Shown: piece after piece, positions 8,453-19,391 of the stretch
Layout of the letters: each line of letters starts with the position of its first letter
How positions within the stretch are numbered: the first letter of the stretch is position 1
Source: Patescibacteria group bacterium
GTDB taxonomy: Bacteria > Patescibacteriota > Saccharimonadia > Saccharimonadales > UBA4665
Assembly (NCBI GenBank): GCA_030272735.1
Contig: JARXKL010000001.1
Coordinates: forward strand, 75,571 to 139,570
Direction: 5' to 3'
DNA length: 64,000 nt
The notes under the pieces: model-generated
What the model was told of the DNA's origin: nothing
The model's input: only the letters and a program-made list of their open reading frames with translations
Databases searched by the model: none
Translations under genes and position numbers: made by a program

Positions 8453-9580
8453 ATGAAGATAGGTCTCGTTTGCCCATATAATGTCCATAAGCAAGGTGGT
8501 GTCCTTGAAGTAGTTTTAGCGCTTAAAACGGGATTAGAAGCTCGTGGGCATAAAGTAAAGATCATTACCCCACAACCTCGTGGCACTGAAGAATTACCCG
8601 TTAAAGACGTAATTTTTGTGGGCGTTTCTACTGATTTTAGGGCTCCATCGCATACAACTGCGCAAGTATCATCGACAAGTGGTGAAGAAAGCATCGACGA
8701 TATGCTCGAAACTGAGCAGTTCGATATTCTGCACTTCCATGAGCCATGGGTTCCACTATTGAGCCGTCAGCTGCTGCAACGTTCTACGAGTGTTAACATT
8801 GCAACGTTCCACGCAAAGATTCCTGAAACTCTGATGAGCCGTACGGTTATTAAAGTTGTCACACCGTACCTCAAATCAGTTATGAAATACCTCAATGTAC
8901 TAACTTCAGTTTCTGATTCTGGTGCGGAATATGCTGCAAGCCTTACCGATCAACCGATCACAATTATCCCTAATGGCATAGACCTTACCAAGTATCAGAC
9001 TGATATTGATCATATTGAAAACGATCATCAAACTATTTTATATATCGGTCGTTTAGAGCGCCGCAAAGGCGTTAAATACTTGCTGCAAGCTTTTCAAGTG
9101 CTTGCTCAAGATAACCCCGATTGCTCACTCATTATTGCTGGTGACGGACCTGACCGCGAAAAGTTAGAGCTCTTAGCGGAGGATTTGCAGTTAACTAATG
9201 TAACTTTTCTTGGGTTCATAAGTGACGATTTAAAGCACGAATTGTTAGCTAAAGCAGATATATTTTGTTCGCCTGCAGTGTTTGGCGAAAGCTTTGGAAT
9301 AGTATTACTTGAAGCGATGGCTACTGGAACTGTTGTGGTTGCTGGAAATAATTCGGGATATATAGATGTCATGCAAGAAGTTGGCACCGTTTCAATAGTG
9401 AACCCTAAGGATGCGCAAGAGTTTGCTCGCCGGCTTGACATGTTGCTTCATGAAAAAGCTTTACGTGAGGTATGGCAGAAATGGGCTAAAAAATACGTAC
9501 AACAGTTCAGTTATGAACGCGTGGTAAAGCAGTACGAAGAACTTTATAAAGAGGCGCTCAAAGAACATGGCCACCGCTAA
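8453..9580 (+). CDS. GT4 glycosyltransferase, PimA-like
   Basis: MKIGLVCPY..GGV, HFHEPWVP and ESFGIVLLEAMA motifs. Confidence 0.9.
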   Translation: MKIGLVCPYNVHKQGGVLEVVLALKTGLEARGHKVKIITPQPRGTEELPVKDVIFVGVSTDFRAPSHTTAQVSSTSGEESIDDMLETEQFDILHFHEPWVPLLSRQLLQRSTSVNIATFHAKIPETLMSRTVIKVVTPYLKSVMKYLNVLTSVSDSGAEYAASLTDQPITIIPNGIDLTKYQTDIDHIENDHQTILYIGRLERRKGVKYLLQAFQVLAQDNPDCSLIIAGDGPDREKLELLAEDLQLTNVTFLGFISDDLKHELLAKADIFCSPAVFGESFGIVLLEAMATGTVVVAGNNSGYIDVMQEVGTVSIVNPKDAQEFARRLDMLLHEKALREVWQKWAKKYVQQFSYERVVKQYEELYKEALKEHGHR

Positions 9581-10712
9581 GTCATTGAAGATAGGTTTTG
9601 TGCTTGATGACGGCCTTGACAAGCCAGATGGAGTACAACAGTATATCGTGGCAGTTGGATCGTGGATGGGCGCTCAAGGGCACGAAGTCCGGTATTTGGT
9701 TGGCGAAACTAAGCGAACAGACATACCAGGTGTCATTAGTGTTAGCCGCAATATGCGGTGGCAGTTCAACGGGAACCGCGGGACTATGCCCTTGCCCGCC
9801 AGCAGAGTAAAAATTCAGCAGTTATTACAAGATGAACAGTTCGATGTGCTGCATGTCCAAATGCCGTATAGCCCATTTATGGCACATAAAGTTATACTTA
9901 GCGCGCCGCTATCGACTGCAGTCATTGGAACTTATCACATTGCGCCTAATAGTAAACTCGTGATTTATGGCACGAAGGCTCTTGGAGTTTGGCTGCGATC
10001 GTCATTGAGACGTTTTGATACTATGCTGAGTGTTTCACCTGCCGCTGCGGCATTTGCTAAGCAGAGTTTCAACATCGAAACGAGCATCTCGCCGAATGTG
10101 ATCGATTTTCCGCGGTTTCATAAGTCAAAGCCACTCGTCGAATATGACGATGATCTTCCTACAATATTATTTTTAGGGCGCTTAGTGCCACGGAAAGGCT
10201 GTATGGTTCTGCTTCAAGCACTGCAGCTAATGAAGCAAGCTGGCACATTGCCTGAGTGCCGAGTGTTAATCTGTGGCCGCGGCCCGCTAGAAGCGAAACT
10301 AAAAGAGTTTGCAACCATACATAATTTACCTGTTACCTTCGTTGGATTTGTGAGCGAGGACGAAAAGCCGCGATATTACGCATCGGCAGATATCGCGATA
10401 TTTCCGAGTAGTGGCGGCGAAAGTTTTGGTATTGTTCTCTTAGAGGCTATGGCGAGCGGTAATGCAGTAGTTCTAGCTGGCGATAATCCTGGCTATAGGT
10501 CCGTACTTCATAACAATCCAGAATTGTTATTCGACCCATTGAACCCTCAGGCACTTGCAGAAAAAATTACACTCCATATGTCAAACGCGAAGCGAAGCAA
10601 TCAACAGAGGCTGTGGGGAGTTAATTTTACCAAACAGTTCGATATAGGAATCGTTGGTGAGCAAGTTGAATCAATTTACAGAGATGCATTGCAAAAACGT
10701 TCCAAGCAATAG
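9567..10712 (+). CDS. GT4 glycosyltransferase, PimA-like paralog
   Basis: FLGRLVPRKG and GGESFGIVLLEAMASG motifs. Confidence 0.9.
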   Translation: MATAKSLKIGFVLDDGLDKPDGVQQYIVAVGSWMGAQGHEVRYLVGETKRTDIPGVISVSRNMRWQFNGNRGTMPLPASRVKIQQLLQDEQFDVLHVQMPYSPFMAHKVILSAPLSTAVIGTYHIAPNSKLVIYGTKALGVWLRSSLRRFDTMLSVSPAAAAFAKQSFNIETSISPNVIDFPRFHKSKPLVEYDDDLPTILFLGRLVPRKGCMVLLQALQLMKQAGTLPECRVLICGRGPLEAKLKEFATIHNLPVTFVGFVSEDEKPRYYASADIAIFPSSGGESFGIVLLEAMASGNAVVLAGDNPGYRSVLHNNPELLFDPLNPQALAEKITLHMSNAKRSNQQRLWGVNFTKQFDIGIVGEQVESIYRDALQKRSKQ

Positions 10713-10724
10713 ATAATGCATCGT

Positions 10725-11843
10725 ATGTCACTCTTCCGTAAATCCTCACCTGATCCCGAGATGAACTTAACCTTCTCCAATGCGACCTTTTTTCGGTTTG
10801 CTGCACTAACCATCGCAACACTCGCGCTCCTCCTCGCCGTCCATAAAGCAGCTCACGCACTACTCCTTGTTTTCACCGCTTTTTTCTTAGCCCTTGCTTT
10901 AAATGCCCCAGTCCGAAAAATAAGTAGCCACCTTCCCGGTAAGCGCAGAAATAGTCGCAAACTTGGAACGGTTATTTCATTTCTGTTCGTCATAATTTTC
11001 CTCGGTGGATTTATTGCCAGTATTGTACCGCCACTTATTAAGCAAACCGACAACTTTGCTGCGGCTGCTCCAAGTTTGGTACATGATTTTAGGAGCCAAA
11101 ACAGCACAACAGGTAGATTTATTCGTAAACACAAATTACAGAAACAAGTAGACAAGTTCTCACAACAATTCTCGTCACGCATCAGTAACATCGGCGGTAC
11201 AGTGTTTTCAACCGCCCAACGATTGTTTAGCAGTATTTTCTCGCTACTTACTATATTAGTACTAACTTTCATGATGCTTATAGAAGGCCCTGCTTGGATT
11301 AAATTCATGCGCGAGGTACTACCGGACAGACATCACGAAGTTGCAGATCGTCTCGCAGTAGACATGTATAGAGTTATTAAGGGTTATGTTAATGGCCAGG
11401 TATTACTCGCAGCTTTAGCTGCTGTTTTGATTATGCCTGCAGTACTCATTCTCGACATCAGCTACCCTATCGCGCTGATGGTTATCATATTTATATGCGG
11501 TCTTATACCGATGGTTGGCCATACTATTGGTGCGGCAATAATCACGCTTGTAGCATTGTTTACCTCTTCGTCTGCTGCGCTCATAATTTTGATTTACTAT
11601 ATTTTATATCAACAGATTGAGAATATTTTTATACAGCCAAAGATTCAAGCTAATTCAACCGACATGTCACCATTACTTGTATTTATGTCAGTTGTGATTG
11701 GTGTGAGCTTTGGCGGTCTGTTCGGTGGTCTGGTGGCCATACCAGTGACCGGTTGTATTCGCATTGCCCTGCTTGAATATTTACGCAGCCGTAAAATAAT
11801 TGATACTCCTGAATTCAATAAGATTACAGGGGAAACCAAATAG
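10725..11843 (+). CDS. AI-2E family transporter (alternative start 10716)
   Basis: YQQIENIFIQPKIQ and GGLVAIP motifs, multiple TM helices. Confidence 0.9.
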   Translation: MSLFRKSSPDPEMNLTFSNATFFRFAALTIATLALLLAVHKAAHALLLVFTAFFLALALNAPVRKISSHLPGKRRNSRKLGTVISFLFVIIFLGGFIASIVPPLIKQTDNFAAAAPSLVHDFRSQNSTTGRFIRKHKLQKQVDKFSQQFSSRISNIGGTVFSTAQRLFSSIFSLLTILVLTFMMLIEGPAWIKFMREVLPDRHHEVADRLAVDMYRVIKGYVNGQVLLAALAAVLIMPAVLILDISYPIALMVIIFICGLIPMVGHTIGAAIITLVALFTSSSAALIILIYYILYQQIENIFIQPKIQANSTDMSPLLVFMSVVIGVSFGGLFGGLVAIPVTGCIRIALLEYLRSRKIIDTPEFNKITGETK

Positions 11844-13233
11844 CGCCATCTGGTGTGTCACGTACGCCGATTTTCTGTTCAGTTAATTTTTGACGCAGTG
11901 CATCAGCTTCTTCCCAGTTTTTTTCTTCACGTGCTTTCGTACGACTTTCAATGAGTAACTTAAGATCATCAGAAATATCACCTATATCGCAGAGTTTTAA
12001 GCCTAAGAGAGCATCTATACCCTCAAGCATAACTACAAAGTGATCAAGCATATCCTCCTCAATGAGAACAGCAAGCAACTGCGTGCTTACTCGACTGAGA
12101 AATGCGAGTGCATGTGGCGTGCTGAGGTCTTCAGCTAATATCGTAGCTAGTTCTTCTGGTACATCACGCAATGAAAAGGTGCCAGCATCGTGAGCGAGAG
12201 GCAATGCTTGCCATCGCAGGGCCGCGACGGCTTGTAGTTCGCGTAATCTATTCTGGGCCGCACCAAGATTCTCCCAGCTAAAATGAGCTTGGTTACGATA
12301 ATGAGATTGCAACACGAGCATGCGGAATGCAAGTGGGTCGTATCCGTTAGCTACTATGTCGCTAACGGTATAAAAGTTATTGAGTGACTTAGCCATCTTT
12401 TTGCCATCTATTAAGAGATGCTCATTGTGTGCAAATACTGTGGCGTAAATTGGATCATGTTGTGTAGCAGTGCTTTGGGCAATTTCGTTTTCATGATGTG
12501 GAAAAATCAAATCAATGCCGCCAGTGTGAATGTCGAATGGCATGTCCAAGCTCGACTGGCTCATGGCGGAGCATTCAATATGCCATCCAGGTCGTCCAGT
12601 AATATTGTGTCCGTCAAGCATGTACTCCCATGCAGGTTCACCAGGCTTTTGTTTTTTCCAAAGTGCAAAATCATGTACCGATTCTTTGTCATATTCATCA
12701 TTATCAATGCGAGCTTCACTCGTCGATTCTGCAGATATTTCAGTCAGTTGCCCGTAAACTTTGCCGGATTTCCGGTATGCGTCAATATCAAAATAAACGC
12801 CGTCTTCGGTAATATAGGCTATTTTATGGTCATATAATGCTGATATAAGTGCTTGCATGTCACCTATATGATCAGTAGCCTTAGTGAAAGTAACTGCCTG
12901 AATATCGTTGCCAACTAATTTCATATCAGTAAAAAACTTTTGACTATATTTGTCGGTAACAGTTAGTAAGGCGTTCATTGGATCAGTGTCAGGCATTTGG
13001 ACACGGCTACCTTTAATCGTTTTGTCGTCTATGTCGGTAATATTCATTACATGAGTAACTTTTCCGGTTTGGGCAGCGACACGACGAACCATATCGGCAA
13101 AAATGAATGAGCTCAGGTTGCCTATATGAATTTCGTTGTACACAGTAGGACCACAGCTATATATTCGCAGCCCTGCAGGTTGGAGAGCTGTTACTGGTTC
13201 AATTTGTTTGGTACGCGTATTGTATAGTTTCAT
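11824..13233 (-). CDS. cysS: Cysteine--tRNA ligase
   Basis: MKLYNT start, CGPTVY, HIGN, GRPGWHIECSAM, KMAKS. Confidence 0.97.
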   Translation of the reverse strand: MKLYNTRTKQIEPVTALQPAGLRIYSCGPTVYNEIHIGNLSSFIFADMVRRVAAQTGKVTHVMNITDIDDKTIKGSRVQMPDTDPMNALLTVTDKYSQKFFTDMKLVGNDIQAVTFTKATDHIGDMQALISALYDHKIAYITEDGVYFDIDAYRKSGKVYGQLTEISAESTSEARIDNDEYDKESVHDFALWKKQKPGEPAWEYMLDGHNITGRPGWHIECSAMSQSSLDMPFDIHTGGIDLIFPHHENEIAQSTATQHDPIYATVFAHNEHLLIDGKKMAKSLNNFYTVSDIVANGYDPLAFRMLVLQSHYRNQAHFSWENLGAAQNRLRELQAVAALRWQALPLAHDAGTFSLRDVPEELATILAEDLSTPHALAFLSRVSTQLLAVLIEEDMLDHFVVMLEGIDALLGLKLCDIGDISDDLKLLIESRTKAREEKNWEEADALRQKLTEQKIGVRDTPDGAIWFPL

Positions 13234-14251
13234 CGGGTTTATCCTTATCAAGTGTATCAAGTAATTCAGATGCATACGCCAAACATGCATTTTTTGTTTC
13301 GTCGAAAGGCGTTGCTGTGACTACCTTAAAGCCGCTTGCATAGGCATGTCCCCCGCCGCCGAACTTTATAGCTATTTCGGCCGCAAGACCAGCTGATGGG
13401 TTGCAACGAATTGCTGCGGTAACTTTGCCGTCATCATATGACTTGAAGACAATTGCAATGCGCACGCCGGTAGTTTGCAGCATATCGTTTTGAACAAGCG
13501 GACCCGGGTTATAGAGAGGGCTATACTGATTGATTTCGACTTGTGGAACCGTTACGCTGGCAATACTGCCTTCACGGATGAATTCAGTATGGGCTATAAG
13601 CTGAGCCTTATATTTGAATATGACTGCGGGCATTTTTGTGTATTCGCGGCGTGATTCTTCAAGTGCTGGACGGTCCACTCCGTGCTCAATCATTTCTGCC
13701 ATAATACGGTAGGTTTCCGCTGAAGCCAACTGATTACTTAAGCCCTGAGTATCACCTAATATCGAATAGGTAATGCAATCGAGAGCCGGCTTTGCCATTG
13801 GCCATCCAAGGTCCTTAGCAAGCATATAAATTAGTTCGCCAGCGGATGCACGGGTGTGGTCGTTCACCATGATATTGGCAAACGGCACTAAATTTTCTAC
13901 GGTCTGGTGGTGATCGAGCACGGCACAGGGTTTTGATGCCAGTTGCTTTTCTGCCGGCGTGCCTGCTATGCGCTCAAAAAGCGTCATTGTGGAGGCATCG
14001 ACGATAATACTGGCATCGAATTGTTTCGGCAGGTCTTTTTGGACGCGGTCCCAGCCTAATATGTAGTGGAGGTATCCGGGCATATCTACCGCGCAGTAGA
14101 GCAGCGGTTCCTTGCCCAAATCACTCAGAATTTGCTCGAGTGCCAGTGCACTGCCCAGACTGTCGGCGTCAGGGTTATCGGCCTGCACTACGACTACTAT
14201 ATGTGCAGCGGCAACTAATTCTTGCAAGGCGGTTGCTTCATGGTATTTCAT
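13199..14251 (-). CDS. DHH/DHHA1 phosphoesterase (NrnA-like)
   Basis: NPDADSLGS, DHH and GGGGH motifs. Confidence 0.9.
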   Translation of the reverse strand: MKYHEATALQELVAAAHIVVVVQADNPDADSLGSALALEQILSDLGKEPLLYCAVDMPGYLHYILGWDRVQKDLPKQFDASIIVDASTMTLFERIAGTPAEKQLASKPCAVLDHHQTVENLVPFANIMVNDHTRASAGELIYMLAKDLGWPMAKPALDCITYSILGDTQGLSNQLASAETYRIMAEMIEHGVDRPALEESRREYTKMPAVIFKYKAQLIAHTEFIREGSIASVTVPQVEINQYSPLYNPGPLVQNDMLQTTGVRIAIVFKSYDDGKVTAAIRCNPSAGLAAEIAIKFGGGGHAYASGFKVVTATPFDETKNACLAYASELLDTLDKDKPDETIQYAYQTN

Positions 14252-14853
14252 AATGTACGCCGTTCTGCGAGTGCCCTACCCAGTGTTATCTGATCGGCAT
14301 ACTCAAGATCAACACCAATCGATAAGCCGCGGGCTAAACGTGATATTTCTATGTTGCGGTCGCCAATTTGCTGCTGGATGTACAGTGCTGTAGACTCGCC
14401 CTCTACACTAGCGTTAGTAGCTAATATGAGCTCCTGCACCTCATCTTCATCGATTCGTTTAATGAGTTCTGCGATATGGAGTTGGTCGGGGTTTATCCCG
14501 TCAATAGGCGAAACTAAGCCGCCAAGTACATGATACGTACCATGAAATTGACCGGTTTTTTCCAAAGCAACAATATCGAACGGTTCAGCAACAATCGCAA
14601 CGATAGTTTTATCTCGGCGAGGATCACTGTATAGGTCAGATATTTCCTGCCCTGCTGGCACTAGAGCAAATGTTTTTTTGCAGTAGCCCACTCCGATCTG
14701 GAGTCCTTGTAATGCAGCGGCTATTTTATGGGGAGAGTCGTTAGAATGGCGAATGAGGTAGTATGCATAACGTTCGGCGGTGCGTGGCCCGACACCAGGG
14801 AGTAAACCAAAGGCGTCGATAACGTCCTGCAGTGCGGGCGGCAGTATGTTCAT
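14248..14853 (-). CDS. recR: Recombination mediator RecR
   Basis: LPGVGPRTAER, YHVLGG and EGESTA TOPRIM motifs; follows ybaB. Confidence 0.95.
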   Translation of the reverse strand: MNILPPALQDVIDAFGLLPGVGPRTAERYAYYLIRHSNDSPHKIAAALQGLQIGVGYCKKTFALVPAGQEISDLYSDPRRDKTIVAIVAEPFDIVALEKTGQFHGTYHVLGGLVSPIDGINPDQLHIAELIKRIDEDEVQELILATNASVEGESTALYIQQQIGDRNIEISRLARGLSIGVDLEYADQITLGRALAERRTL

Positions 14854-14854
14854 G

Positions 14855-15148
14855 CTACAAGCCGAGATTGCCGAGAGCACCCATCATCGGCTGCATCTTC
14901 TCAGCAGCAACACGTTGGCTCTCTTGAATCGCTTCTTTGACAGCATCTTCTACCCATCGCTCAAGCTGACCAATATCATCAAGATCCACGGCTGCTGGAT
15001 CGATATGTACTTTCTTGAGTTTCTGCTCGCCAGTGATTTCTACACGCACGGCGCCATCTCCTTTTTCGACCGTGATCACCAGCTTCTGTAATTCACTCTG
15101 AATTTTCTTTACACGCATAAGCATTTTAGCTTGGTCAAATCGGCTCAT
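14855..15148 (-). CDS. ybaB: YbaB/EbfC nucleoid-associated protein
   Basis: GAVRVEITGEQ..V.IDP; adjacent to recR. Confidence 0.9.
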   Translation of the reverse strand: MSRFDQAKMLMRVKKIQSELQKLVITVEKGDGAVRVEITGEQKLKKVHIDPAAVDLDDIGQLERWVEDAVKEAIQESQRVAAEKMQPMMGALGNLGL

Positions 15149-15178
15149 GGTAGACTCCCTTTAGATACTGCCAGTATA

Positions 15179-16375
15179 TCAGTTAAGACGCTGATATTGA
15201 AAGGTGGCTTTAGCCGCTAGATTATGCGGCCAGGCAACAAAATATGCCCGTGTATTCAATATGCAACTTAGAAAGACTGCTATAGATAGTACGGCAATGC
15301 CAATTCCTCGGGCTAATGGGTTTCGAGGGAAAACTTTGAGCCATTCATGTAGTAGATACGTTATGCCCATTCCAGCAAAAATATACAGCAGTGGGACTAG
15401 CAAGCTCAAGCTCACTGGCCCATGCAGGCCAATCAGTACTCCGCCACCTATCAGGTAAAACAGTAATAATCTTGCTCGGCTGTTTTTCCAGTGTCGCAGA
15501 TAGAAGTAAATCCCAAGTACGGTGATTGTGAGGGTAAAGATATCCAAAATAGGCATTTTCCCGAGCCACAGGTCTGAATATTCTGGCCCCCTGATAAAAA
15601 GATGTAATGGTACCGCTAAAAATTCTTTAAGAACTGAATGCATGTTTGCGAAATGAGTCGGTAGTCCGAGCCATGTTTTTAAGAAGTCGCCAGAGGTAGC
15701 TAATCTATATAAGAGTAGCGGTAGCCAGATACTACTAAGAAGGCCAAATATAACTCGCTGAGAGACCGTTGACTCGTTCGTAAGCAATGATTTGTACTGC
15801 GGTCGACGCGAATAAATAATAGGTGCGATAAGCCACACCATTCCCGGTATGTATAGTAATAAACCCCATATTGCTATAGTGGAAAACATAAGTACCTTTT
15901 TATTCGGAAATTTACCCGTAAGAGAGTGAAGTAAAAGTATAGTTGGTGTTGCCCACAAATAAAGAACATCAAATGAGGCGAGACGAGTAGTATGGAGCGT
16001 CCAAGCGCTGCTAGCGTACAGTAAGCCGATGAGCAGCGCAGTTCTCCAGCCATGCCATAGCTTTACGAGCGCAATTAGGCTAAGAACGGAAAGCACTCCA
16101 AATAACACATTAGGCAACCTTGTAAGGAGCCGACCGTGATCGATAGCAACGGTAAAGACTATTGAGCGTATAAACTTGAGCGGTAGATACAGCGGATCGT
16201 TACTGAGCCCATGCCAGCCGACAATTTGCGTTGAGGCCATTGACTCTTGATAGCTTAAGCCAGGTACAAGACTCGCGAGTCGATAACTGTAAAAGGCCGA
16301 TAGCCCTGCGAGAACGATGAGCGCTATACCAATCTGAGTTTTATGAGTGAGCAAGAAGGCGCGTGCCTGTTTCAT
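15179..16375 (-). CDS. Multi-TM GT-C (PMT/ArnT-like) membrane protein
   Basis: About 10 TM helices, RLPNVLFG motif. Confidence 0.6.
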   Translation of the reverse strand: MKQARAFLLTHKTQIGIALIVLAGLSAFYSYRLASLVPGLSYQESMASTQIVGWHGLSNDPLYLPLKFIRSIVFTVAIDHGRLLTRLPNVLFGVLSVLSLIALVKLWHGWRTALLIGLLYASSAWTLHTTRLASFDVLYLWATPTILLLHSLTGKFPNKKVLMFSTIAIWGLLLYIPGMVWLIAPIIYSRRPQYKSLLTNESTVSQRVIFGLLSSIWLPLLLYRLATSGDFLKTWLGLPTHFANMHSVLKEFLAVPLHLFIRGPEYSDLWLGKMPILDIFTLTITVLGIYFYLRHWKNSRARLLLFYLIGGGVLIGLHGPVSLSLLVPLLYIFAGMGITYLLHEWLKVFPRNPLARGIGIAVLSIAVFLSCILNTRAYFVAWPHNLAAKATFQYQRLN

Positions 16376-16420
16376 GAGTGTATTATAAACTGCTGGTCGT
16401 AATTGCCCTAGTGCTTATAA

Positions 16421-17797
16421 TCAACTAAACGGATCTGCAGCATGCCGGCTATCTACAGAGCGGAAACGCTGCTTTTCATTATCGAAATAGAGTTCTACAC
16501 TTCCAACTGGGCCGTTACGGTGCTTTTTGATAAAAAGATCTGTCAGTTTTTTGCGATCTGTCTCGGGGTTGTAGTACTCTTCGCGGTAAATGAATGCCAC
16601 AACATCGGCATCTTGCTCGATTGAACCCGATTCACGAAGGTCTGATAGCTGCGGAATTTGAGGGCTACGATTTTCTACTGATCGACTTAACTGGCTCAAT
16701 GCAAGCACTGGAACGTTGAGCTCTCTGGCCACACCTTTGAGACCACGCGATATTTCGGATATTTCTTGTACGCGGTTGCCTTCATTGCCAAAACGGTTGC
16801 CGCCACTCATCAGTTGCAGATAGTCCACAATAATCAGTCCTAACGGCCTCTGATGGGCTTCGCGGCGGGCTTTAGTGCGTAAATCGCTAATTGTAATCCC
16901 TGGCGTGTCATCAATAAATATTGGTGCTTCAGATAGCGTACCCATGGCATGGCCGATCTTCTCGAAGTCGCTATCGGTTAAATTACCAGTGCGCAACGCC
17001 CAGGCATCAACACCCGATTCCATGGACAGTAAGCGGTCGACAAGCTGTTCTTTGCTCATCTCCATACTAAAAAACAGGACCGGCTGTTGCGACTGCACCG
17101 CAATATTGTGGGCAAAGTTTAACGACAAGGCTGTTTTACCCATTGATGGACGGGCTGCTAGAATAATCAGATCAGATTTTTGGAAGCCAGCCAACAAATG
17201 GTCTACATCAGCTAGCCCAGTCGGGACACCGCGAATCTTTTGCTTATCTTTATGCAGTTCATCAAGTCGGTCAAAACTGGCAGCTAAAATAGTTTCTAAG
17301 CTGACCATGTCTTGCTTAATATGCTGCTGGCTTACTTGGAAAAGCCTAGTTTCGGCCTCCTCAACTAGTTCTGTGAGTTGTTTTGATTCATCATAGCCAA
17401 GTGCAACCATATCTTTTGAGGCCGCAATTAAACGTCGCCGAAGTGCTTTTTGAGCAACGATATCGGCATACTGTTCGACATGACTGGCAGTCGGTACAAA
17501 ATTTGTGAGTTCAGTTAAGTATGATGGGCCGCCAACTGTATCGAGATGACCATTCCCGCGAAGTCTGTCTGACAAGGTAAGTACGTCTATAGCATCGTGA
17601 TGCTCGTAGAGCTGAGTAATAGCTTGATATATCCGATTATGTCGCGGATCAAAAAAATCATCGTTCGATATCGTGTCGGCAACTTTGACAATAGCGTCCG
17701 TATCAATCAGTAGTGCGCCGAGCAAACTGGCCTCTGCTTCGACGTTTTGTGGTGGTGGCCCAGTGACCATTGACGAATCCATTGCTTCCCTCTCCAT
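16421..17797 (-). CDS. dnaB: Replicative DNA helicase
   Basis: PPQNVEAE, AARPSMGKT, DYLQLM, DLRESGSIEQDAD; no intein. Confidence 0.98.
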   Translation of the reverse strand: MEREAMDSSMVTGPPPQNVEAEASLLGALLIDTDAIVKVADTISNDDFFDPRHNRIYQAITQLYEHHDAIDVLTLSDRLRGNGHLDTVGGPSYLTELTNFVPTASHVEQYADIVAQKALRRRLIAASKDMVALGYDESKQLTELVEEAETRLFQVSQQHIKQDMVSLETILAASFDRLDELHKDKQKIRGVPTGLADVDHLLAGFQKSDLIILAARPSMGKTALSLNFAHNIAVQSQQPVLFFSMEMSKEQLVDRLLSMESGVDAWALRTGNLTDSDFEKIGHAMGTLSEAPIFIDDTPGITISDLRTKARREAHQRPLGLIIVDYLQLMSGGNRFGNEGNRVQEISEISRGLKGVARELNVPVLALSQLSRSVENRSPQIPQLSDLRESGSIEQDADVVAFIYREEYYNPETDRKKLTDLFIKKHRNGPVGSVELYFDNEKQRFRSVDSRHAADPFS

Positions 17798-17803
17798 TAT
17801 CTA

Positions 17804-19309
17804 CTAAGAGTCTATCAGTTCCCCGCCGCCAAAAATATTGCTTATGGCTGAAACTGTTTTATTTGGAGCAGTTATCGACTTTCCTAAGGCTGTTTTAGAT
17901 GATTTGTTTTGCTTATCAAACAGACATTCTATGGTAATATCTTGGCCGGTGAGCTCAGTAATAATATTGGCCAACTTTTGACGGTTACTAGCTTCATTAA
18001 TTCTTTTTTGATGGAATGCAAACTGAAAAGTTAATACGACGCCAACAGCGCTGAAAGTAGGCTCGGCCATGCGCACCACTCCATAGAGCGTATTATGCTT
18101 TTGTTTGAGAGCGGTTAACACTGCTGGCCATACAGCCTGATCAAATACTGCCACCGCAGCACTATCTGTTTTTGCTGCTTTAGTTTGTACCTTCTTTGGA
18201 GAATCTACCGGAACTGATTTATCGGGTATTACTTTAACGTCAGGCTCATCCGCGGGAATGTTAACATTCTTTTTTGATTCTTTTAGATTAGTTGTTGATT
18301 TAGTAGTAGGTTCTGCAGTCTCGCTTTGGGTTTTCGACTCTTTAGAGCTACTGTAGGTTAATGTTTGCAATAAAATGAGCTCTAGATAACGACCAGGGTC
18401 AGGTGAAATAGGCACCTCAAGTAAATTTTGGAGAAGTGTAAAAATTGATTCTTTATCTAGCAACATATTGTTAGCTAAAACTGAGTCCCGTAATAATGCG
18501 CTTATTTGTTTCGCAATTGCGGCTGCATGGAAGCCCTGATCAAGCAACTGATTAAGTTGAACAGCCACTTCTGAGCTCGAGCCTGACTGAAGACAGGTAA
18601 CAAGCTCTCTGACTGCTTCGTCTGAAGGTAGACCTAAGAGAGTTTCGATATCACGAAGCTCCAGCTTTGCCTTTTTCCCGCTTGCTTGATCAAGCAAGCT
18701 TATACTGTCACGGAAACTGCCCTCACCATGCTTTGCTAACAGTTCAATAGCTGCATCGCTGACAGAAATGTTCTCACTCTTAGCAATATGTTTGAGGTGT
18801 GCGCTGACAGCTGCTGTTGCTACCGGCTTGAAGTTGTATCGCTGAGTGCGACTCACGATGGTGTCAGGCAGTTTGTGCGCATCTGTGGTGGCTAATATGA
18901 AAACAGCATGCGCCGGCGGTTCCTCGAGAGTCTTAAGCAGCGCATTAAATGCTTCACGCGTTAACATGTGGACTTCGTCTATGATGTATACCTTATACTT
19001 TGCGCTGGTCGGGGCGATATAAACTTTGTCGCGCAGTTCGCGAATTTCATCAATCCGTCGATTGCTTGCTGCATCAATTTCAATAATATCCAAGTGCGCT
19101 GAGTCGTCAGTATATGCTAAGCCATTAATCTCGTGCGCTAATATGCGCGCTATAGATGTCTTACCGACGCCTCTAGGACCCGTAAACAGATAGGCATGGC
19201 TAATTTTATTTTGTTTCAGCGCCTGTGAAAGGGTATCAGTAATGTGTTCCTGCCCAATAATTTCAGGAAGACTTTTAGATCGATATTTTCGGTAGAGCGC
19301 TTGTCCCAT
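17804..19309 (-). CDS. dnaX: DNA polymerase III subunit gamma/tau
   Basis: ALYRKYR, GPRGVGKT, IIDEVHML and LKTLEEPP motifs. Confidence 0.97.
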   Translation of the reverse strand: MGQALYRKYRSKSLPEIIGQEHITDTLSQALKQNKISHAYLFTGPRGVGKTSIARILAHEINGLAYTDDSAHLDIIEIDAASNRRIDEIRELRDKVYIAPTSAKYKVYIIDEVHMLTREAFNALLKTLEEPPAHAVFILATTDAHKLPDTIVSRTQRYNFKPVATAAVSAHLKHIAKSENISVSDAAIELLAKHGEGSFRDSISLLDQASGKKAKLELRDIETLLGLPSDEAVRELVTCLQSGSSSEVAVQLNQLLDQGFHAAAIAKQISALLRDSVLANNMLLDKESIFTLLQNLLEVPISPDPGRYLELILLQTLTYSSSKESKTQSETAEPTTKSTTNLKESKKNVNIPADEPDVKVIPDKSVPVDSPKKVQTKAAKTDSAAVAVFDQAVWPAVLTALKQKHNTLYGVVRMAEPTFSAVGVVLTFQFAFHQKRINEASNRQKLANIITELTGQDITIECLFDKQNKSSKTALGKSITAPNKTVSAISNIFGGGELIDS

Positions 19310-19391
19310 AGTAATACCAGTATACGCGGTCTATGTGCAGTTTTCTGTTGTGATATTGCTCTAAGGGGTAACTACTGCTTATATCTGAAGT

